Shown here: in pieces, positions 35,557-40,847 of the stretch
How positions within the stretch are numbered: position 1 is the stretch's first letter
Layout: each line of letters starts with the position of its first letter
Assembly (NCBI GenBank): GCA_017993025.1
Contig: JAGONL010000002.1
Location: forward strand, 1-40,847
Direction of reading: 5' to 3'
DNA: 40,847 bases
DNA from: Candidatus Saccharimonadota bacterium
GTDB taxonomy: Bacteria; Patescibacteriota; Saccharimonadia; Saccharimonadales; SZUA-47
The notes under the pieces: generated by a model
The model's database searches: none
Told to the model about the DNA's origin: nothing
The model's input: only the letters and a program-made list of their open reading frames with translations
Translations under genes and position numbers: made by a program

Positions 35557-35705
35557 AGGTCTCGTCGTCTAAAGTGAAGACCGCCAGTGGCGGTATGCAA
35601 GGAAACTTTCTGATGAAAACTTGTTTTCAGTCATGAAATTTCGGGCCGGCGGAACGTCGGTAGGACATCGGTTCTCAAATATTAATAATCAAAACTCTGG
35701 TGTTC

Positions 35706-35782
35706 GGTCCCGTCGTCTAGTGGTCTAGGACACCTGGTTCTCATCCAGGAGATCGCGGGTTCAAATCCCGCCGGGATCACCA
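35706..35782 (+). tRNA. tRNA-Glu(CUC) with encoded CCA
   Basis: Acceptor stem GGTCCCG/CGGGATC, D arm GTCTAGTGGTCTAGGAC, anticodon stem-loop CCTGG-TTCTCAT-CCAGG, T arm GCGGG-TTCAAAT-CCCGC, then A-CCA. Confidence 0.9.
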
Positions 35783-35843
35783 AAGTTTTGATTATTATGA
35801 TAATTAGGATGACGAATCAGATTAACGATTAACGCATTATTGG

Positions 35844-36590
35844 CTAAAATTCAGGAGTTCTCTTAGTTGTCGAATCTTCCAGTTTCTCTTCCAGATGATA
35901 CTTCTTCAGTAACCTTTCTATATATATAACTGTGGCTGGATTAGCGAATGGTGAAATAATAATTTTTTCAATTAATTTGTCTAAAATTACGGGTATAAAT
36001 ATTCCTCTGATAGGATCTTTTGTACCTGCAGAAACAGCAGGTAAATCTTCAAGATTTGCAACAAGAATTCTGAACTCACGTTCATGTTGGTGTATGTCAC
36101 GCTTAATGAAGAATGGTATGAATGCATTGCCCTCTGATACTGTGTCAGTATCATAATCAAGATACTGGACAGGGTTTAGGTAAAAATCTCTCTCTGTTTC
36201 AATTATGTATTTTTTGAGCCTTGAGATACTTGTTTTTATTGCAACCCCATTACTTCCATTTTTAATAGGAAGGTAGAGTTCCCACATTGCTAGAGACTCG
36301 TTCTTTGAACAATGCCAACAACTTATATATGTACACTTACCCCAATCCTTTCCTAATTTAGGAAAGCCAAATTTTATTGTATGTTCGCTTGCTCCTCTAT
36401 AAAAGTTTTTTCGTTCCTCAATAGTAAGTTTAGTAGTAGAACCTTCGTGTTCATCACCTAACAAATCGGAGCGTGTAAAATGCAGACAGCCAGTTTCAAG
36501 CAGTGATTCAAGCTTTTTTGTATCAATATACCGCCACAGTGGGGCATCAATATTGCCAGGTATATTAAAAAATTTGTTTTGATTAATCAT
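35844..36590 (-). CDS. DUF2971 family protein
   Basis: 248 aa. The N-terminal LWRYIDTKKLESLLETGCLHFTRSDLLGDEHEG is the pattern I associate with DUF2971. The gene is visibly AT-rich compared with its neighbours. Confidence 0.6.
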   Translation of the reverse strand: MINQNKFFNIPGNIDAPLWRYIDTKKLESLLETGCLHFTRSDLLGDEHEGSTTKLTIEERKNFYRGASEHTIKFGFPKLGKDWGKCTYISCWHCSKNESLAMWELYLPIKNGSNGVAIKTSISRLKKYIIETERDFYLNPVQYLDYDTDTVSEGNAFIPFFIKRDIHQHEREFRILVANLEDLPAVSAGTKDPIRGIFIPVILDKLIEKIIISPFANPATVIYIERLLKKYHLEEKLEDSTTKRTPEF

Positions 36591-36658
36591 ATCTTCAAGT
36601 ATGGCATAAATTAATAAAGTGTTTGAAATTATATACTATTGTGTGTAATAGTATATTT

Positions 36659-36979
36659 ATGAGCAATACTAATGACCAAGACCAGATTGTGCGAGGCATG
36701 CTGTACTTTGCCGTGCTGGCTACACTAGAGCATAAGGAAAGTTACGGGGCACAACTTCTTGTTAAGTTAGAAGGGACGCCCTTTGAAACAAAAGCAGGAA
36801 CGCTGTATCCGTTAATGTCAAGAATGCAGGACCAGGGTTTAATAAGCTCACGATGGGTAATACAAAAGGGTAAACCTCCGATGAGGTACTACACAATTAC
36901 CGGCGAGGGCCAGGAAAAACTGCAAAGTTTGAGAGAAGTTATGAAAAATATCAACAAAGTACTAGGGGGTATACAGTGA
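36659..36979 (+). CDS. PadR family transcriptional regulator
   Basis: Trimmed to the ATG at 36659. SYGAQLLVKLEG....KAGTLYPLMSRMQDQGLISSRW......PPMRYYTITGEGQEKL is typical of PadR. Confidence 0.8.
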   Translation: MSNTNDQDQIVRGMLYFAVLATLEHKESYGAQLLVKLEGTPFETKAGTLYPLMSRMQDQGLISSRWVIQKGKPPMRYYTITGEGQEKLQSLREVMKNINKVLGGIQ

Positions 36980-38091
36980 AGAAACAAAATGAAGTTATCA
37001 AAATAGGCAACAATGAGTTTGTCGTCTCTGTAGAAGCAAAAGTAATTTTCCAGTCATATCTGAAAAATATCAAGAAAAAATATCGACTAGACAAAAAAAT
37101 TTATAAAGAGCTTGAAAACGCTCTGCGCGACATCCTGCTAGAACTACCACAGAGGAAAACCACGACGATAAGTAAAACTACAGCTGTAGAGGCTACGGAG
37201 ATGGTTGGTGATGATTATGAGGGCGGAGAAGGCCTAATTACTAGGTTAAAGAACGCCACCAGGTCAAAAACAAAGCCTCTACTAAACAGATTTAAAACGA
37301 CGGTTCTGACAAATTCATTTAGAAGAAAGATGTACTACGGCTTTGCTTTTCTGATGCTGATACCAGTTGGACTTACTATCTCTTCGCTCCCGATGTTTGA
37401 TGCAAATTTCTATAGTCAACCAAATCTAGAAAGCCAAACACTGGACACCACTTTGGGAAAGGTAACCTATGGAGAGTGGGCAAATACTAGCTTAGCCGAC
37501 AACCCTATATTTTCTGATTACAGCAACGCTACGCAGACATACTCGATAGTATTGGTGTTTTTGCTGGCTTTTATCTTTCTAATTTCTTTGGCCCAAAAAT
37601 CAAAATATACAAAACACGTATTTGGGCTTCTGATAGTATCGTTCGTAGCTTCATACGGGATTAGCCTAAATGTCGAGAGGTCTTTCCAAAATGCAATCAA
37701 TAACGGTAGCTATTTAGCCTATTCGGTCCCCGTGTCTAGAGAGCCTAATGATTACGACAAACTATCTGCCTGTGGTACTCAGATAAACTATGTTGAGCTG
37801 AGCGATACAGCGGGTGGTGTTTACTACGGTCTAAAGGACCAGGGTTTTGTATTGACAAAAGAGTTAGAGACACAAAACGTAGGCCAGGAGCCTTCCAGGG
37901 CTCAGATTTGTAGCGAATACGACAACTTACGCAAAACCTATACAGACGAATCTATAGTACTTCAGACATTTATTATTGACGACAAAGGCGCCGAGAGGCC
38001 TGTGGATTTTGATGAAGTATACGGTAGGAGTGAAAAAGACTTAAGTCCATACAAAATCAGATACGGATTTTACATTAAAACTAGTAACTAG
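36976..38091 (+). CDS. hypothetical membrane protein coupled to the PadR gene
   Basis: 371 aa. Its start overlaps the PadR stop (GTGA at 36976-36979). Three TM helices. No family recognised. Confidence 0.65.
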   Translation: MKKQNEVIKIGNNEFVVSVEAKVIFQSYLKNIKKKYRLDKKIYKELENALRDILLELPQRKTTTISKTTAVEATEMVGDDYEGGEGLITRLKNATRSKTKPLLNRFKTTVLTNSFRRKMYYGFAFLMLIPVGLTISSLPMFDANFYSQPNLESQTLDTTLGKVTYGEWANTSLADNPIFSDYSNATQTYSIVLVFLLAFIFLISLAQKSKYTKHVFGLLIVSFVASYGISLNVERSFQNAINNGSYLAYSVPVSREPNDYDKLSACGTQINYVELSDTAGGVYYGLKDQGFVLTKELETQNVGQEPSRAQICSEYDNLRKTYTDESIVLQTFIIDDKGAERPVDFDEVYGRSEKDLSPYKIRYGFYIKTSN

Positions 38092-38111
38092 TAACTAGTA
38101 ACTAGTAACTA
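38081..38111. repeat. tandem heptamer (CTAGTAA) x4.4 between convergent genes
   Basis: ctagtaactagtaactagtaactagtaacta. The 7 nt period places TAG/TAA stops in all three frames on the plus strand and TAG stops in all three frames on the minus strand. Confidence 0.9.
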
Positions 38112-38116
38112 CTGTA

Positions 38117-39082
38117 TTATCTGTCGTCGCCTTCGTCTTCTATTTCGTGGCCGATTATTTCTTCTATTAGGTCTTCAATCGTTACAATACCAACAATTTT
38201 ATCGTCTTTTTCAACTATCATCATGTGCGAGCGGGCCGCAATAAATTTACGAAACATCGTGTCTAGCGCTGTCATCGAGCCGACAGTTCTAGCCCTATGA
38301 GTTTTAACTTCTGACAAATCAAAGCTTCGTTCGTCAAAATCTATATCTACTAGTTCTTTTAGCACTATAAACTGCTTAGAAATTGTTTTTTCTCTGTTAA
38401 GAATAGGTATGCGCGACCAGTTTTCGTCTTTAAGTTCATCAATTTTACTACCGTCGATAACCTCATCATCATAAATGTAATAGACGTGCTTAAGCGGTGT
38501 CATTATCTGATATACGCGCTTTTCGCTTAGCTGTAACGCGTTTTGGACAATTTCCACCTCGTTGTCGTCAAGCTCACTGCCACTGCCAAGGTGGTCAGAG
38601 ATAAGAAGGTGCAGCTCACGACGAGAGTGTAGGGCCGTAGCCGTACTGCCAACTAGTTTATCCAGGAGCAATTCTAACGGTTTTGTGATAGGGTAGGCGA
38701 CATAGCTGGCTACTTTGATAGGAGTGGCAAAAAAAGCTATCGCCGAAATAGAATTCTTGACCGCAATGGCTTGTGGTGTGATTTCTGCAAAGATAACTAA
38801 TGCTAGGGTGCTAATAACCACCGCCAAAACACCGCTAATGGATTCTGCTAATACTACAGAAGTGGCCGAAGCAAATGTTACATTAGTGACCAATATTCCG
38901 GCAAGATAGAAGTGTACATTTTTGCGTATAGATAATGCTCTACGGGCCTTTTTGTCGCCTAATTGAGATTTTCTCTCGAGGTCTTTTAAGTCTAGGGCGA
39001 ATAATGCCACGTTTAATCCAGAACACAGTGCTGAGACACTAACAAACGTAACAGTCAGAAGGAATGTGATTGCAAAATCCAT
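38117..39082 (-). CDS. CNNM/DUF21 transmembrane domain plus CBS-pair protein (TlyC/CorB-like putative Mg/Co transporter)
   Basis: 321 aa with an N-terminal DUF21-type TM region (SALCSGLNVALFALD) and a C-terminal CBS pair (IVGIVTIEDLIEEIIG). Confidence 0.8.
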   Translation of the reverse strand: MDFAITFLLTVTFVSVSALCSGLNVALFALDLKDLERKSQLGDKKARRALSIRKNVHFYLAGILVTNVTFASATSVVLAESISGVLAVVISTLALVIFAEITPQAIAVKNSISAIAFFATPIKVASYVAYPITKPLELLLDKLVGSTATALHSRRELHLLISDHLGSGSELDDNEVEIVQNALQLSEKRVYQIMTPLKHVYYIYDDEVIDGSKIDELKDENWSRIPILNREKTISKQFIVLKELVDIDFDERSFDLSEVKTHRARTVGSMTALDTMFRKFIAARSHMMIVEKDDKIVGIVTIEDLIEEIIGHEIEDEGDDR

Positions 39083-39161
39083 TTTGTGCTTTCATTATCC
39101 CATAAATAACCTTGTAAAACCAACAGAAAAAACAGATAATAAGACATAAGCATATTGAACT

Positions 39162-40412
39162 ATGGGATTATTTAGTAAAAAAGTTTCGGGTGGGTCGGGC
39201 ACGGGCATTGCAAGCTCGCTTCAGAATGAAAAACAAAAAGCCGACATAATAATAAACAGCATTGATGATGGTGTTATTTTAATTGACGCTAGCAATGTAA
39301 TACACGTCTTTAACCCTGGCGCCGTAAACATGACGGGCTGGTCACAAGCAGAGGTTATTGGGCTTGATTATCGCTCTATATTAAAGTTCGTAGATGACAA
39401 AGGCATAAGCTTAAAAGACCAAGACCACCCACTGCACAAAGTTCTAGCTACTGGAAAAATATTCAGGGACAACACCGCTGTTATAGGCCAGAAAAGTAAC
39501 AGCAAACTTTCTGTCGACATCAGTGTTTCGCCTCTGATTGAGCCAAACGGGCAGGTGACCGGTGCTGTGGCTATACTTCGTAACGTTCAAGAGCAAAGAA
39601 AAGAAGACAAACAGCGTGCAGATTTTATTAGTACTGCCAGCCACGAAATGCGCACGCCAGTAGCGGCAATTGAAGGCTATTTGGCGCTGGCTTTGAACGA
39701 AAAAGTCGCTAATATCGACGCTAAAGCCAGGAGTTATTTAGAAAAGGCCCACTCCAGCACTCAACATTTAGGCAAACTGTTTCAAGATCTACTTACCAGC
39801 GCCAGGGCTGAAGATGGTAGACTGTCTAGCCATCCTATTGTCGTAGAAATGAATGATTTTGTAGAAAAACTCGTTGACGACCTACGTTTCAGCGCCGAGA
39901 AAAAGGGTCTGCTAATAGAACTTTTGATGGGGTCACAACAGCGCAAAGACTCACAGAGCGTTGACGTATCACAAAAAGTAATCAAACCTCTTCTGTTCGT
40001 TCACGTAGACCCAGACCGCATAAGAGAAGTAATAACCAATCTGTTCGATAACGCCGTCAAATATACCGAATCCGGCAGAATATCAATTGGGATAACCGGC
40101 GACGTCCAGGTAGTACAGTTCCATATTTCAGATACCGGACCGGGCATACCAAAAGAAGACCAGTCGCATTTGTTCCAGAAGTTCTACAGAGTAGATAACT
40201 CGGCAACAAGAACTATTGGTGGTACCGGTTTAGGACTCTATATATGTCGGAAAATTGTAGATTTGTATAACGGTCGAATTTGGGTGGAGAGCGAGTTTGG
40301 CAAAGGCAGCACATTCTACATAAACCTACCTAGACTTTCCGCGGACAAGGCATTAGCAATGCAGAAGACAGAATCTAATTCACAACAAGATATCCAGAGT
40401 ACAAAGATATGA
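39162..40412 (+). CDS. cytoplasmic PAS-domain sensor histidine kinase
   Basis: 416 aa with a PAS-like N-terminus, H-box FISTASHEMRTPVAAIEGY, N-box NLFDNAVKYT, and DTGPGI and GTGLGLYI. Confidence 0.88.
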   Translation: MGLFSKKVSGGSGTGIASSLQNEKQKADIIINSIDDGVILIDASNVIHVFNPGAVNMTGWSQAEVIGLDYRSILKFVDDKGISLKDQDHPLHKVLATGKIFRDNTAVIGQKSNSKLSVDISVSPLIEPNGQVTGAVAILRNVQEQRKEDKQRADFISTASHEMRTPVAAIEGYLALALNEKVANIDAKARSYLEKAHSSTQHLGKLFQDLLTSARAEDGRLSSHPIVVEMNDFVEKLVDDLRFSAEKKGLLIELLMGSQQRKDSQSVDVSQKVIKPLLFVHVDPDRIREVITNLFDNAVKYTESGRISIGITGDVQVVQFHISDTGPGIPKEDQSHLFQKFYRVDNSATRTIGGTGLGLYICRKIVDLYNGRIWVESEFGKGSTFYINLPRLSADKALAMQKTESNSQQDIQSTKI

Positions 40413-40511
40413 TTTGGTTAAAATTGGCTTTATATGCAAAATCAGCAACAACAGTGTACAATAATATTAATACGCATAAGCTTTAATCTATAAAGGGGTA
40501 GAACAACAGTC

Positions 40512-40847
40512 ATGGCAAAGATACTACTAGTCGAAGACGATAACAACCTAAGAGAAATATATGAAGCTCGTTTAATGGCCGAAGGCTATGATATTGTTTC
40601 TGCACGCGACGGCGAAGAAGCTTTATCTGTAGCTATAAAAGAAAAGCCCGACCTAGTCATTTCTGACGTAATGATGCCTAAAATTAGCGGTTTTGACATG
40701 CTTGATATCCTTAGAACTACCGAAGAGACTAAAAACGTTAAAGTTATAATGATGACCGCGCTATCTCAAGCAGAAGACAAGGCTCGTGCTGAAAAGCTAG
40801 GTGCTGATAGGTACCTGGTCAAATCACAAGTAACTCTAGAGGATGTA
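40512..40847 (+). CDS. response regulator receiver domain (partial; runs off the window end)
   Basis: MAKILLVEDDNNLREIYEARL...DLVISDVMMPKISGFDML...LVKSQ. The frame is open to the last base and this ORF is not in the supplied track. Confidence 0.85.
   Translation, partial: MAKILLVEDDNNLREIYEARLMAEGYDIVSARDGEEALSVAIKEKPDLVISDVMMPKISGFDMLDILRTTEETKNVKVIMMTALSQAEDKARAEKLGADRYLVKSQVTLEDV

Noticed and set aside
35610-35640. Hammerhead-like CUGAUGA ... GAAA string (tctgatgaaaacttgttttcagtcatgaaa).
   Set aside because: Eight extra nucleotides separate the putative stem II from GAAA. No stem I/III or cleavage-site context could be drawn. The CTGATGA in repeat copy D is likewise not conserved in the other copies.
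35400-35705. SRP RNA, RNase P RNA, tmRNA or 6S RNA in the spacer before tRNA-Glu.
   Set aside because: I found no GGAA-tetraloop/AGCA symmetric-loop SRP motif, no GGAAAGUCCGG RNase P core, and no tRNA-like tmRNA ends (GGGG...CCACCA). The region is also too short for RNase P.

Overview
This 40.8 kb window looks like a small-genome, Gram-positive-like bacterium, plausibly Patescibacteria/CPR (Saccharibacteria-type). That placement is inferred from gene content only. Three parts stand out.

(1) 214-9251, minus strand: a complete F-type ATP synthase operon (atpB-E-F-H-A-G-D-C). Six extra small ORFs are wedged between its subunit genes with 0-2 nt gaps or overlapping stop/start codons. GAGTCAWGAG-type inverted-repeat elements also interrupt it. 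One sits in frame inside atpG. One brackets a four-helix-bundle (23S rRNA IVS-type) protein gene. One separates a synonymously recoded duplicate of the first 14 atpG codons from the real atpG start.

(2) 9.4-20.9 kb and 30.4-40.8 kb: ordinary housekeeping, envelope and signalling genes. These include a cobO-like gene, ArsR, a P-loop kinase, GT2, a glycoside hydrolase, smpB, pyrH, xth, two tandem HAD-IB paralogs, a YjeF_C-like gene, gltX, DUF3048, two histidine kinase/response regulator pairs, PadR, CNNM/CBS, tRNA-Glu and an AT-rich DUF2971 gene. Unusual word-like inverted repeats fill the intergenic spacers.

(3) 21.0-30.4 kb is the most interesting part. Six full copies and one partial copy of a ~250-290 nt repeat show extensive helix-preserving covariation, so they are candidates for a structured RNA. 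They are arranged as head-to-head pairs. One pair, next to tRNA-Leu(CAA), brackets a three-gene cassette: an unknown 184 aa protein, a single-chain mitochondrial-type PheRS-like enzyme (class II core plus FDX-ACB domain) and an AlaX-like trans-editing protein. A Phe-rich mini-ORF and an intrinsic terminator precede the cassette.

I saw no transposase, integrase, reverse transcriptase, Cas gene, CRISPR array or rRNA. All functional calls rest on motifs read by eye from the ORF translations; no searches were run.
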